Assembly (NCBI RefSeq): GCF_006345805.1
Contig: NW_021826249.1
Span: 1 to 36,351, forward strand
Direction of reading: 5' to 3'
From: Octopus sinensis
Lineage: Eukaryota
Length of the DNA: 36,351 bases
How positions within the stretch are numbered: the first letter of the stretch is position 1; each line of letters opens with the position of its first letter. The translations under genes and the position numbers were made by a program. The notes beneath the pieces were generated by a model. It made no database searches, was not told the DNA's origin, and worked only from the letters and a program-made list of their open reading frames with translations. Shown here one piece after another: positions 11,870-25,544 of this stretch.

Positions 11870-13035
11870 TATGTAGTCATAAGAGGAATTAAATGCAGTG
11901 TGCAAGAGAGGAGACTGTGCAGATTTGGTTATATGGTGTGTATGAACGAGGACAGTTGCATGAAAAAATGCTGATCAGTTAAAGTGGATAGAACTTGTGG
12001 AAGAGGGAGACCAAGAACGACATGGGACGAAGTACTGAAAGCCAATCTCAAGGCACTGAGCCTTATAAAGAAGATGACAAAGGACCGACATATTTGACTC
12101 CACACTGTACTCAAGAAGACCTATCCACAATAGCAGAATTGATATCCTAAACTCCCTTGGTTGATGCATGTCTGTAAGGGGCTCTACCCAATGCCCACCA
12201 ACATCCTCTCTGCCCCATCAAGCATTTCCCTCCACTTATCATCCCTAACACCCATCACTTTTCTATCCCCCAAGAGCAGAACAGATAAATACTACAACTG
12301 CCAGCTTTCTCAATTATCTTATTCCCCACCCTGAACTACTTCCATTTCTCATTATTTTCCACCAGCTGCTGTCTCCACCAATCACCTCCTTTCTGTGCCT
12401 TCTCTCCCCTGTGTTGTTCTCCATCATTAACACCTCGCTTATCTGCTATCACCCTCAATGCCCTGTCATATCTACTATAACCCCTGCCCCTGAGCCTCAC
12501 CTATATTTCACTCCATCATTTGCCTCAGTCACCTACATCCTGCCCACTCATCCAGTTCAAACCTCTGTATCACCTCACTTATTCTCACTACCCTGAATGT
12601 CCATCAATGGTACGTCACAACACACATGCACCACCATCTATCCCATTATTGCTCACTTTATCTTACTATCCAACTCACCCACTCTCTTTATCTTACCCTC
12701 TAACTCAACCTCCTTTCTTTTGCAGCTGGAATATCTATGTAGCTTACTCTACAGCAAGATACCAACCCCTATCCCTCTATACTTACACATCAACTGGCAG
12801 AAAGCCACCACCACCCTCACGACTACTCCCTCCTCTCAGCCGAAGGGTTTTTTTGTCTTGCATGTTACTTGGTGACACTGTCAATGCTGGTGCCATGTAA
12901 AAAGTACCCAGTACACTCTGTAAAGTAGTTGGCATTAGGAAGGGCATCCAGCCATAGAAACTAAGCCAAAACAGAGCTTGGTGCAGTACCAGTCAAACTG
13001 TCCACCCAATGTCAGCATGGAAAACGGGTGATGAG
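11870..13035 (+). mobile_element. RTE-type LINE 3' end with long pyrimidine-rich 3' UTR
   Basis: Encodes ..WLYGVYERGQ/..TCGRGRPRTTWDEVLK, similar to 30740-30950; ends in the shared 'gttggcattaggaagggcatccagcc' tail. Confidence 0.7.
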
Positions 13036-13432
13036 ATGTCTGTGTGTGTGTGTATATATATATAGAGAGAGATAGATACATACATACATACATAAACATA
13101 CATATACACACACACATACATCATACATGTACATGGATACATACACACATATCTACATACATAAGCACATATGTACATACATATATATGTACACACATAC
13201 CCACCACAAGTGAGCAAACAAACTCAAGAAGGTGGAACTCAACAGATTTGGTAGGAGTTACATATATTTTTATTAACAATTTGAATTAGTTCCATATGAC
13301 TTAAAGTTTTATGAGCATGTAGGACTGCATCCATCTCATCAGAAATCAGGATTTTTAATGCGGATATATCCCAATGTGCCCATGAAACTTCAAGCCATGT
13401 GGAGCTGAGTCAAACTATTATTGATATACATA

Positions 13433-13472
<40 letters not shown>

Positions 13473-13514
13473 CACACACACACACACATATATATATATA
13501 CATACATATATACA

Positions 13515-13726
13515 CAGTAATCCCTCACCATATTGCGGTTCACCTATTGTGCACACAGTACATCACGGTTCACATGCACTCAGTACATCGCAGATTTTTC
13601 TGACTAACATATGTAAATTTATACCGCGGGTTTCTGCAGCCGATAGGCATTTATATTTTTTGAGATTTTAATGGTTTTTGTGGGAGGTTTTGGAACATAA
13701 CACTTGTGATAGTCAAGGGATTACTG
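13515..13726. mobile_element. MITE (Tc1/pogo-Tigger type)
   Basis: TIRs CAGTAATCCCT / AGGGATTACTG inside a TA-rich microsatellite; 212 bp. Confidence 0.8.
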
Positions 13727-13743
13727 TATATATATATATATAT

Positions 13744-14102
13744 CATCATCATCATCGTTTAATGTCCGCTTTCCGTGCTAGTACGGGTTGGACGGTTCGA
13801 CCAGGGTCTGGGAAGCCAGGAGGCTGCACCAGGCTCCAGTCTGATCTGGCAGTGTTTCTACAGCTGGATGCCCTTCCTAATGCCAACCACTCCGTGAGTG
13901 TAGTGGGTGCTTTTTACGTGCCACCGGCACAGGTGCCAGGGGAGGCTGGCAGCATCCACGATCAGTTGGTGCTTTTTACATGCCACTGGCACAGGTATCA
14001 CAACTACTATTTCCATTTGATATTTATTTCAATGTTTATGTACTTGACTCAATAGGTCTCCTCAAGCACAGCAGGTCATGTGCCACCGGCACAGAAGCCA
14101 GT
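13744..14102 (-). mobile_element. RTE-type LINE 3' UTR fragment with (GAT)n tail
   Basis: Reverse complement of 31430-31610-type sequence. Confidence 0.75.
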
Positions 14103-14210
14103 ATGCTGTAGAATTTCTATTTTGGATATATTTGGGGTACTTAAGTGTACTCATGACTTAGTGTCTACTTCTTCCATGGGTACATGTATCTCATTTATTT
14201 CTTATCGTAT

Positions 14211-14272
14211 TTACCGCTGACGACGAGAAAATTCTTTATGAATTAACTCAGAAATCGGGGCTGATTCAGTAA
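14211..14272 (+). ncRNA. Degenerate hammerhead-like motif
   Basis: ttaccg CTGACGA cgag..ctca GAAA tcgg-gg-ctga TT cagtaa; stems I, II and III pair with single mismatches. Confidence 0.5.
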
Positions 14273-14429
14273 TAACGGAATTTTTTTAGAAATTTCTGTT
14301 GGCTTACTTTGAGATGCGTGCTTATAGTGATGAATTATGTGGTTATTGACGATTTAAGTTTATTTTCGGCATATTTGGCACTGGAATTTTTTTTCTTTTG
14401 CCCTTGTTTATATATATATATATATATAT

Positions 14430-14622
14430 ATTTATGTGTATGTGTCTTTGTTTGTCCCCCACCACATTTGCTTGACAACCGATGTTGGTGTGTTTACATC
14501 CAATTTAGCAGTTCAGCAAAAGTAAACCAATAGAATAAGTACTAGGCTCTAAAACCCCTTAAGGCGGTGCTCCAGCACAGCCACAGTCAAATGACTGAAA
14601 CAAGTAAAAGAATAAAAGAATA
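14430..14622 (+). mobile_element. SINE-like repeat (second copy at 33170-33380)
   Basis: Shared 'ttgacaaccgatgttggtgtgtttac...ggcggtgctccagca...gtcaaatgactgaaacaagtaaaag'; ends ~20 nt from the exon 2 donor. Confidence 0.7.
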
Positions 14623-14640
14623 TAAATGATATTCACTTAC

Positions 14641-14685
14641 CTGCTTGAGCTGAACTTAAAGAAAAATGTCTCCATGAATGCATTC
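14641..14685 (-). CDS. HADHA: HADHA coding exon 2, (G)MHSWRHFSLSSAQA(A)
   Basis: 45 nt, cttttcttctatatttcag acceptor and CAG|gtaagt donor, phase 1-1; RHFSLSS is a typical presequence cleavage motif; splices in frame to exon 3. Confidence 0.85.
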
Positions 14686-15028
14686 CTGAAATATAGAAGA
14701 AAAGTAATTAATAATAAATTATTCAGCTGTGAAAATTCAAACCTTATATACCACAGACAGCAGTTCAGTAAGTTTAATGTTTTTTCTTAATAACATTTCA
14801 GAGTTTTCTTTCATTCTTTCATTAGTTTCAGTCTCTGAGGCACCAACTTCAAAGGTTTTATTTGAGTTTGTTGATCTCAATACTCAGATAATAATTTTAT
14901 TGACTTCATAAGAGAGAGAAGTGAAGTCCACTTCAGTCTGGGAATTTAAACAGTTTTATGTTATTTTGTATTTTTGTTGTGGATGAGCAGCCTTGGGTCA
15001 GCTCTGCTAGACATGTAGTTTTAATAGA

Positions 15029-16283
15029 TTGGGTTGTCCGGAAAGTTTGTGCCAATTTATAGTAGCTTACCATTTGACTTATTTTAGAACATGGTTGAGT
15101 CCATAAAATAGGATTTTACTACACCTCCATTTAGAGCAAAGTTTAAGCTAACTTTTTATGGAAAAAGGTTTATGTTCCTATAAACTGTTTTAATTCTGTA
15201 ACCCTTTAAAATGGAAGATAAGAAAGTTCATTTTCAGCACTTGATGCTTTTCTTTTTCTGTAAAGGGAAAAATGCCTCACAAGCAACCAAAGAAATATGT
15301 GCAGTTTACGGTGACATTTCTTTATCCAAAAGAACTGTACGGAAGTGGTTTGCAAGGTTCCAAGCTGGAGATTGTAGCATTATTGATAAAGAGTGATCAG
15401 ACAGACCATCCACTACAGATGATGACCAAATCAAGTCATTAATTGAGAATAACCCTCATTGCACAACCCAAGAATTGGCAGAAAGCCTCAACCTATCAAA
15501 ATCCATTGTTCATGAGTACCTAGTAAAGCTTGGGTACACAAATCGCTATGATGTTTGGGTACCACATGAGTTGAGTGAGAAGAACCTTTTGGATCACTTT
15601 TCCATCTTTGATTCGCTTTATAAACAGAATGGAAACGTGCCTTTTTTAAAGCAAATTGTGACAGGTGATGGATTATCTACCGAAATGTTCAGAGAAAGCG
15701 ATCCTGGAGTAAGCGACATGAGCCACCCTTAGCCACTCGAAAGCAGGTCTTCACCCTAAAAATGTCTTGCTTTGTGTCTGGTGAGATTGGAAAGGAATTC
15801 TGTACTGTGAGGTTCTCCCAAGTAACCAGACAATTAATTCTGAGAAATACAGCACACAACTGGATGAGTTAAAAGCAGCAATTGAAGAGAAACATCCAGA
15901 ATTGGCCAACAGGAAGGGTGTTGTGTTCCAACATGATAATGCAAGACCGCATGTTTCTTTGGGAACCAGACAAAAATTGCTGCAGCTCGGCTAGGATGTG
16001 TTACCTCACTCTCCATATTCACCAGACATTGATCCTTCAGATTTCCACTTATTCAGGTCTCTGCAGCATAGTCTTAATGGTAATAATTTCAATTCCTTGG
16101 ATGACATAAAAAGATACCTTGATGAATTCTTTGCCATGAAACCACCTCAATTCTGGGAAGAGGGTATTTTCAAGCTAAAGGAAAGATGGAGGCACATTGT
16201 GCAACAAAATGGTTCATATTTGGTTGATTAAAAATGTAATGGCAAGTATTTATCGACCTTTTTCTTTCCTTTAAAAATCGGCA
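15029..16283 (+). mobile_element. Near full-length mariner (DD34D) with pseudogenised transposase 15211-16230
   Basis: Left TIR TTGGGTTGTCCGGAAAG..; WVPHEL, IVTGD, FQHDNARPH and YSPDIDPSDFHLF motifs; stops and frameshifts; right TIR cut off by a SINE. Confidence 0.93.
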
Positions 16284-16487
16284 TAAGGCAGCAAGCTGGC
16301 AGAACTGTTAGTATGACAGGCAAAATGCCAAATGGAATTTTGCCCATCTTTACATTCTGGGTTCAAATGCCACCAGGGGATCCTTTCAGGATCAATAAAA
16401 TAAGTACCAGTTGAGCACTAGGGTCAATTTAATCAATTTAGCATCTCTCCCAAAATTGTTGGCTTTGTGCCAAAATTTGAAACCAAT
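16284..16487 (+). mobile_element. tRNA-derived SINE-like element
   Basis: Same family as 9617-9832. Confidence 0.75.
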
Positions 16488-17769
16488 GTGTATAAATGAG
16501 ATCACTTATATGATATACATGGCCTGGCCATCTGAGCTAATGTTTCATGAAGATGACTTAGCTTTAGCTTTCTCAGGTACTGCAATACTGGTGGCATAAT
16601 TTGCCCATTTGAAACTCTTCAGTACTCAAGTTTCTTGAAGTCTTGATGGTACAGTGTCTATGTTTCACATCTAAAGTATAAGGCTGAAACAATGACAGCT
16701 TGAAACACTGTGTTTGGTTTGCTGGGACAGACTTCCAGAAGTGTCAATAGAGGATTTTTCAACCAGTCCAAACTCCATTTACAAAAACTGACTAATGTCA
16801 CATAGATAACAACAATACATAGAGAACAATACCTCACCAGCTTGTGCACAAGGAGATGCAACAGTAAGTTAATAGATCCAAAGAGGTATATGGTTGCTTT
16901 GATTTGACCAACAACCAAAATGTTCATCCAACATACTCCTTCCAGACTGCACTCTCATTATCTCAAACACCCTCTCTAGCAAGAGGAAATTTCTTTTTAA
17001 TGCAAAACAAGTCCAAGAAGGATGTAGAAAAGAAGATTTGTGTCTATAATATAACACAAGTTAAAAACTAATCTCAACTATTGTTTTATTACTGTTTAAG
17101 TAGCGTCCCACAAGTTAACCTCAACTACTTCAACTATTATGTCAAAGGAACAGATAAGATAACAAAGATCATGATAAACATTAATTTGGACAGAAATCTT
17201 GGTTTTTCTTTTTATCAGTTGTAAAAAAATGCTCTATTGATACAGTAATGACCTTATTAGACATATCAATGTTATCCTTATACCTGTATAGACTTGAAAT
17301 GTACTAACACAATATATTCATAAGATCTATATGATTCATTTTATACAAATACAGAATAGCTAAAATAGAAAAAATGTGAACAATGCAACTGGATATGTGA
17401 AAATCAGTCACTTTAAGTGAAAATAATATTTGTTTTTTAGATAGGTTATTTTGAATAAGTTTGAAAGAGTAGGTCAGTGGCGTCAGCTATCTTGTGCTGG
17501 TAACAGAGGTAGCACAGTACCTAGGGTATAAAGTTCTGCTACCTAGGTGATATGAATTATTGCTTGTGAGAGTTGTAGGGTAGCTATGGTGCAAAGTTCT
17601 TTTATCAAGGGAATATAAATTATAGTCAGTAATAGTTGAGTAGCTAGGGGACAAAATTTCTGCTATCAAATACTGTTTAGTAACAAGATTAGCAAAGAGT
17701 TGAAAGAATTTCATGGAACTACTTCAAATCTCAGCAAGGGATAGATATATCTATATCTATATATATATT

Positions 17770-18280
17770 CATTCCTGATGAGTCTCTCTACTCTGCTCTA
17801 CTTCCTAATCCCACCTTCCTCCACCTGTGAACACTCACTGCATTCCCGTCCCCACCATCTCTCACCTTATCCAATCCTCTGTACCCTTTCCCTTATACAC
17901 CTCCCCTCTGTAACTTGAGGGTATGCTTTGATACACCTTCTTTCTCTTTCTCTTTTCCAACTAGTGTAGCTGTGTATCTCCACTACAGCAAAACCTCTGT
18001 TTCTATCCCACTATTCATACTCTAATATCACATCACCTGGCAGAAAGCCATCTCTCTCAATACTACTCCCCAATCAGTTGAAGGGTTTTACTTTGCAAGT
18101 TACTTGGTGACATTGCTGGTACTGGTGCCACATAGAATGCCACTCTGTAAAGTGGTTGGCATTAGAAAAACCATAGAAACCATGCCAAAGCAGACAGTTG
18201 GCACAGTCCTCTGGCTTGCCAGCTACTTTCCAAACTATGCAAGTATGGAAAGCAGATGTTAACTGATGATGATGATGATG
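17770..18280 (+). mobile_element. LINE 3' UTR-like repeat related to 12400-13035
   Basis: Shared 'tggcagaaagcca..gaagggtttt..gttacttggtgaca..gctggtgcca' and (GAT)n tail. Confidence 0.65.
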
Positions 18281-18294
18281 ATATTATATATCGA

Positions 18295-19563
18295 TCATCA
18301 TCATTATCATCATTTAACGTCCGCTTTCCATGCTGACAAGACTGAAGGCTGCACCAGACTCCAATCTGATCTAGCAAAGTTTCTACAGCTGCATGCCCTT
18401 CCCAAAAGCCAACCACTCCGAGAGTGTAGTGGGTACTTTTTATGTACCCATAAGGGCTAGTCAGGCAGTACTGGTATTGACTACACTTGAATGGTGCTTT
18501 TTACGTGCCACCAGCATGGGAGCTAGTCAGGCGGCACTGGCAATGACCACACTCGTGCTTTTTACATGCTATTGGCATGGGACCAGTCAGCCGACACTGG
18601 TATCGAACATGCATGAATGGTGCTTATGTGCCACTGACACGGGAGCCAGTCAGGGGCACTGGCAACGATCACACTTGAATGATGCTTTTTACGTGTCACC
18701 CGCATGGGACAAGTCAGGCAGCACTGGCATCAAGCATACTCGAATGGTGCTTTTTATGTGCCAATCAGGCGGTACTGTCATCGGAAACGACAACAACTTC
18801 ACTTGCCTCAACAGGTCTCCGCAAGTGCAGTTTATTGCCCAATGATTGAAGGGTACTCTTAAATGGAATAGTTATGCTGCAGTGGGATAGGCCATGGTTA
18901 CGGTCTCACTTGGCTTGCTAGGTCTTCTCAAGCACAGCATATCTCCAAAGATCTCAGTCACTTGTCATCACCTCGGTGAGGCCCAATGTTTGAAGGTTGT
19001 GCTTCATCACCTCATTAAAGGTCTTCTTGAGTCTACCTTTCCACAGGTTCCCTCTTCTGCAAGGGTGTGACACTTTTTCACACAGCTGTCCTCATCCATA
19101 CACAACACGTGACCATACCAGCGCAGTCATCACCCTTGCACACCACATCTGATGCTTCTTATGTCCAACTTTTCCCTCAGAGCACTTACACTCTGTTGTA
19201 TATGCACACTGACATTACACATCCAGCAAAGCATACTAGCTTCATTCCTTGCAAGCTTACGCATAACCTCAGCAGTAATGGCCCATGTTTCACTGCCATG
19301 TAGCATGGCTGTCACAAACAGGCGTTATACAGTCTACCTTTTACTCTGAGCGAGAGGTCTTTTGTCACCAGCAGAGGTAGCTCTCTGAACTTTGCCCAGG
19401 CTATTCTTATTCGAGCAGTTACACTCTCAGAGGATCCACCCTGGTTACTGACTTGGTCACCTAAGTAATGGAAGCTATCAGCTACTTATATTTTTTCCCC
19501 CTGGAATGTGATGGAAGGTGTTTTCTGCACATTTTCAGTGTTTATTGCCTCTGAGCATTTGCC
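18295..19563 (-). mobile_element. 5'-truncated RTE-type LINE
   Basis: TAMLHGSETWAITAEVMRKLARNEASML; homologous to 30340-31610. Confidence 0.88.
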
Positions 19564-19957
19564 ATATATATATATATATATATAAATATATTTATATACA
19601 TATCGCAGCCTTCATCAAATAAAAGCAGTTTTTATTTCAGTGTATAATAAATTATTTTACATGTCTGCGTTAGTTTGCATGCTACACATTCTATAATACA
19701 ATTATATATTTACAAATCAATGCAGATGTAGAAGGCTAGCTCTTCAGATCAACAGAACATCTTGGTTACATCAATTTTTCAACTTCACTATATACATACA
19801 AGAAAAAAATTATCTTCAATGGAAGTCCAATAATTCATAAAAATGTACTGTGGTATGTAGCCAGGTCCACTAGTGATGCCTTTTTTGTGATTATTGCAGG
19901 ATTCTATAAATTCATATATTGCACATTAAATATCTATATATATATTTAAAACATATA

Positions 19958-20861
19958 TGAGAAGTATTCAAAATGTATCTGACTATTTTTTCTGGCAAAA
20001 CTAATGCTGCATGCACAAAATCCTTTGGGTGGGAGGTGATGCTGCCCTTCCTGTGCATGAGTGAAACTGTTTGCACTGGTAAGCTATGTCACTTCCTGGT
20101 TGTTATGCCAAGAGTACAGACATGTAGTGTGCACTAGTCAGATTTTCGTTTTTATGCAAGATGCCTGAACACATGAAGTAAAAATATTGCATCAAGTTTT
20201 GCCAAAAGCTTAGTGATGGTCACGCTCAAACCATCCAAAAGATTCAACAGGCCTTTGACGATGACGCCATGGGCAAAACTTAGATCAAGGAGTGGCATAA
20301 CTGCTTCAAACATGGTTATACATCAGTGGAGAGCAAGACATGCTCAGGCAGGCCATCTACAAGCCAATTAAGAAGGTTCAACAAATAGTTATGGAAGACT
20401 GTCGTGTAACAATCCAGGAAATTCCTCACGAGGTGGGAATAAGTACAGGATCAGTGTATTCCATTTTAACAGAGGATTTGTGCATGTGGAAAATGTCATC
20501 GAAAAAATAAAATCAGATACTTTCTGAATGCACCTAGTAATCCAAGCTTTCCTGGTCAAGAACATTTGTTTGACAGGTTCCCTACTCTCCCGATTTGACA
20601 CCGTGTGACTTCTGGCTCTTCCTCAAACTGAAAACCATGCTGAAAGGGAAGTGATTTGAGTCACAAGAGGAAATTATGAGAAAAGCAAGGGTGGAGTTCC
20701 ATAGCATTCCAAAGGTGTTACCAGTAGTGGCAGAACTGATGGGAGAAGTGTGTGAACTCCCAAGGGGAGTATCTGAACGTGATTAAATAAAATTTGTGAA
20801 ATGTATAAAATTGTTTTGTTTTTTTATGCCCAAAGGTTAGATACTTTTGGAATGCACCTAG
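19958..20861 (+). mobile_element. Internally deleted mariner element
   Basis: TA-flanked TIRs (TGAGAAGTATTCAAAATGTATCTGAC / GTTAGATACTTTTGGAATGCACCTAG); CIKFCQKL..EWHNCFK..SGRPST and SPDLTPCDFWLFLKLK remnants. Confidence 0.85.
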
Positions 20862-21470
20862 TATATATTTTAAATATATTTAAAATATATATAAATGTGA
20901 GTGTGTGGTGCGTAATTTAATTTTAAACAGAAGAAAACTACAAGAAATCAAATGTGATAGGTTTAAAGTTACTTAAAAAATATTTAAAGGTTACTTCAAA
21001 CATCAGGCAATTATTTTTACTGCCTGATATTTTTTTCTGCTACAGTTCATATCTGGATTTATGTTGCTATGGTTATGTCAAAGTATTTTATGATGACGCA
21101 CAAATTGATCTCAAAATATCTTCTCTATGAATCCAAAACAGTTAGAGAATGTAATATTCATACCTTTAGCAATGGCAACAGGAACTGAAATAAAGTCAGA
21201 TATCTACAAATGAGGTTTCAAAACAGAGTCCAAGATTTCAGCTGTGTCATAGCATTAGCACATGGTCAGAGAAATCCAATTACTCAACAATGTCTGAGTC
21301 TTTTGATAGATGAGTACAAAGACATGTATCTATATGTATGTGTGTATGCATTTGCTCATACAAGTGTCAAAACATTGGCCTTTACTCCTCTGTATGTGTA
21401 TCAATGTACATGTCTGTGAATGTGTGAGTACAAGTAAATATATGTGTGCCCATGAATGTTACTGCATGTA

Positions 21471-22580
21471 CTGGGCTTTGCAAAAGTTTTGTCACACTCA
21501 GTTTTGATTTTTCGAGAGGTTAACATGTGTAGTAGAAAAAGTGCCGTCAAACATACTTAACGTTCTACTTTTACAGCACATGTCATTAAAATGTCTTTTC
21601 CATTGTGTGCATGTGTATTGAGATGGAAGTGAAAAGAATCACAATCTCTGTTCTCCTGCATGCAGACCACAAATCTGACATCACCAAGCAGCTCAACATC
21701 AGCCAGATGACTGTCTACAGAGTCGCAGAAAGGCTCAAGAATGGAAAAGGCTTCAAAGGTCAATCTCAATTAGGCAGACCTCAAGTTGTCAACTGTTTGG
21801 CTGTGAGAAAGGCCTTCACAAGATATCCAAAGCTCAAAATGACTGTGCTCATGAAGAACATCTCAGTGACCAAGGTGTCCAGGGCTATCAAGGAGGAGAG
21901 CAGCAAGAGCTTGAGATATGTGGAAAGGACTCTGCTCACCAACCATATGTGAGAAAAACACTGTCATCACCTCAACGACTTGAAGTGTCATGGCAATTGA
22001 ATTCTCATTTTTCTGATGAAAAAACCTTCATGGTCAATCTGGTTGTCAACAAGCAGAATGACTGTATGGTCAGCTTCAGTCAGGACATCTCCAAGGTCCA
22101 CTATGTGTCCACAACCAAGCAGCCGGCCTTTGGGATGATGCTTGACATCATAGCTTCATATGGCAAGAAAATGCCACCAGTGTGGTTCACAGCTGGTTAC
22201 AGGCTCACCGCAGCCAACTACAGGGATATCTTGGACACGAAAGTCCTGCCCTGGGAGAGAAAGATCACAAAGAAGGTAGACTACATCTTTCAGCAGTATG
22301 GTGCCCCAGTTCACATGGCCAAGGCCATGCAAGAGTGTTTGGGGTCGAACATGAACCTCAAGTCGAAGGAATTTTGGCTGTTGCAGTCGCCCAGCCTCAG
22401 CCCCCATGCAAGGTCTGTTACAGCAACATCGACGAACTGAAGCCTTCTGTCAACAGTGTGTGAGCCAGCATGAAGAAGGACTTCATCCACAATGTGTGCA
22501 TGGCCTTCAGGTCTCTCCTGGAGCTTGTGTTCACTGCCAAGGGTGGCCACATTGATTGATATTAATATTTAAATGTTAAA
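21471..22580 (+). mobile_element. Tc1/mariner superfamily (maT/DD37D-like) degenerate transposon
   Basis: TA|CTGGGCTTTGCAAAAG 5' end; HTH region; FSDEKTF, FQQYGAPVH, FWLLQSP and C-terminal GGHID; third catalytic residue deleted, so the subfamily is tentative. Confidence 0.8.
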
Positions 22581-22804
22581 ACAATAAAAACATGTCTAAC
22601 TGCATCAAAACTATCATTGTGTCCTTTGCTGAGTGTCATATCAAGTGTAACAGGACTTTCGCAAGGCCTAGTATGTCCATCCTTCATGCATTTGCATGTA
22701 TGCCTGTGTTTAGATGTGCGCATATTTGGAAGCATAAATGTGTGTACATATTTTGCATGTATGTATGTGTTGTAAATTAACATCATATGTATCTTTATTG
22801 AAAA

Positions 22805-23005
22805 AGTGGCAAGTTGGCAGAATCATTAGCATACTGGCTTAGTGGCATTTTTTCTGATTTTATTTTTGCTTAAAATGCCAACAAGGTTGACTTGCCTTTC
22901 ATACGTTTGGGGGTTGATAAAATAAGTACCAGTGAAGCATTGGGTCAATGTAATTGACTATACCTTCCCCCAAAATTTCAAGCTTATAATAGAAAGGATT
23001 ATTAT
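22805..23005 (+). mobile_element. tRNA-derived SINE-like element
   Basis: Same family as 9617-9832. Confidence 0.72.
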
Positions 23006-24969
23006 TATTATTATGATTATCATTACATTTCCATCGATTACACAAAATTATTTTCAACACACACACGTGGTGGGCACAGCTAATCAAAAAGTTAATTTCA
23101 CTAACCACTAAACAGGTAAAAAAAAAATTAGCAGAAGCTAATGCTAACTGATAACCACAAACTTTTATCATATGAAGTTAGTTTGTTTGATTTTTTGGCT
23201 CTAAAACCCCTAAAAACAGACCTGGAGAGCTGAAATTTTCATGTTGTAGATTAGACAAAGCTTTCCAAAAAGGTATAGCATGCCAAGATCAGATGATGAT
23301 CAAAGCATACGCAAATAATTAAAAGAACAAATGAAATTAAACATTAGTTTTTCAGTCAACACACACTTTATTTACTGTACAAAAAGTATTAAATCAATCA
23401 AAACGGTATAGTATAGGTATCATGCCAAGATCAGATGACGATCAAGGTGTATTGCTCTGGCTGGGTCTTCTCCATTGCCTTGACATGATGCTCTTCATTA
23501 AACATCAGCCTCTCAAAGTTACCATCTGACAGAGTGGCTCTCTTGGTCCTCAAAATATCTTTGCCTATAGAGAATAGGCACTCAACTGCAGCACTGGATG
23601 GGATGGCAGTGTTATACTTGGTGAACAGGTCAATCAAGACCTGCTTACCCAAAAAGACAACAGTTAGGACCTTCTTCACCAAGTTCTGTGCCTTAGATTT
23701 CAGTGACCTTCGGCTCTTGATCTCCCAGAACTGAGTGATGTTGCTGAAGAAATCCTCTTCCTCATTGCTGGTGGTGCTGCTGCCCTCCTCATTAGTCTCC
23801 ATTAGGGATGTCTCTACAATGGTCTCTATGGCATTCGTTACTCTGCTAACCTAGCTATTAATATACTGCTCCAGCCTGAACACGAGAAACTTGGAGTGGA
23901 AGGCTAGTACTCCAGGTCTTCTAAGAGGAGCCCAAACCTTTATGCGAGCCTGCCATTATTGTGTCTACCAGAAGACTGCACTACAGGAGATGCTTGAACT
24001 TGGCCTCCTTCAACTTCATGATGGTAGCTGCTAGAGTTGGCAGAAAGCTTCCAAAATAGGCCTGGTCCTCCCCACTGGATTTTATCCAAGGTTTTCACAA
24101 CATTAGACATCACCTAGGCATATTCCGTCAGGAATTTAACATCAGAATTGGTGAAGGCCTGCAGCTTCAGCTGTGTCATCACCCTGTGGACAGCTGCCCT
24201 ATTCCTCTCCAGCAGGTTGTTGAGGACAATAACAGAGTCATAGGTAGAGTTCCATCTGGTACCATTGGAGACCACCAGCCTCCTCTTTAACACATCTAGA
24301 ATGCTGTCTGCTGCCACCATGCTGCAGCTCTGCAGATTACACAGCTGCTGTACCTTGGACATGGCCTTCCTGTAGGCTGACTTGAACATAGTGCTGTCAA
24401 GAGCCTTGTTGGCATCGATATTGGCTACCAAGTTGAAGGTATGGGATACGCACTTTATGTGCACTGGCAGGTTGAGGACCAGGCCGCTGGACTCGTCAAG
24501 GCTGGCATCAACAGAGATGTACTCAACTTCATCTACATCCCCAGCCTCAGGATCCATGTCCAAATCCACATCCTTGGCACCCTCCACATCCGGATTGGCA
24601 GCAGCCTCAAGAATGTCTGGCAAGAGTTCAACTTCTGTACCAAACTGCATGAATACCTCAACAAAGTTTTTGCCATTATCCATCATAGTCCTTGTCACCT
24701 TGTTTTGCAGAGGGAACTTGTAATGGGTGTCTACCATGGCCTGAGTGAGAACATCAAAGATGTGATGTCCTCTGAGCCAAGAGCAGGCCAGGATGGCGTG
24801 TTGTCTCGTGTGGGTCTCTAGGTAGGGCCTGCCTCATGCCATCATCTCTAGGTAGGACCTTTTGTGAGTCAACCAACAGTCCGTGGTGGTTGCCTCCCAG
24901 GGAACATCATTGAGCAATCTGTAATTAAATTGTAATGAGACATAAGTTGTAAAGTTAAAAACTTAAAAT

Positions 24970-25520
24970 CATACACACAGACATACACACTCACACATAC
25001 ATACACAGACACACACACTCGCATGCACGCGCACACACATGCACATACACACACTTCCACACATACACACGTACATACATACACACTCATACACATACAC
25101 ACACATACTTACATACATTCAATCGGACACACTGACACCCAGACATACACACAGACACACTCACACATCCACACACACACACTCGCAGGCCTACTTACAC
25201 ACATACTTACACACACACTCGCAGACATACACACAGACACACTCACACATCCACACACACATACTTACACACACACATACTTACACACACACTCGCAGGA
25301 CATCACATCTTTGATGTTCTCACTCAGGCCATGGTAGACACCCATTACAAGTTCCCTCTGCAAAACAAGGTGACAAGGACTTCCACACATACACACGTAC
25401 ATACATACACACTCATACACATACACACACATACTTACATACATTCAATCGGACACACTGACACCCAGACATACACACACACTCACACATCCACACACAC
25501 ATACTTACACACACACATGC
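24970..25520. repeat. CA-rich low-complexity tract with internal duplication
   Basis: (CA)n/(CATA)n; 25055-25150 recurs at 25381-25480. Confidence 0.9.
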
Positions 25521-25544
25521 ATGTGCGCGTTCGCGCACGCGCAT

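Noticed and set aside
17775-17781. CTGATGA as a hammerhead core
   Set aside because: No stem II/GAAA partner follows. The motifs at ~1353-1378 and ~13295-13345(-) are likewise too decayed to call.
18440-18780. Regularly spaced repeats resembling a CRISPR array
   Set aside because: Eukaryotic context, no cas genes, and the spacers are similar to each other; it is the LINE 3' UTR minisatellite.
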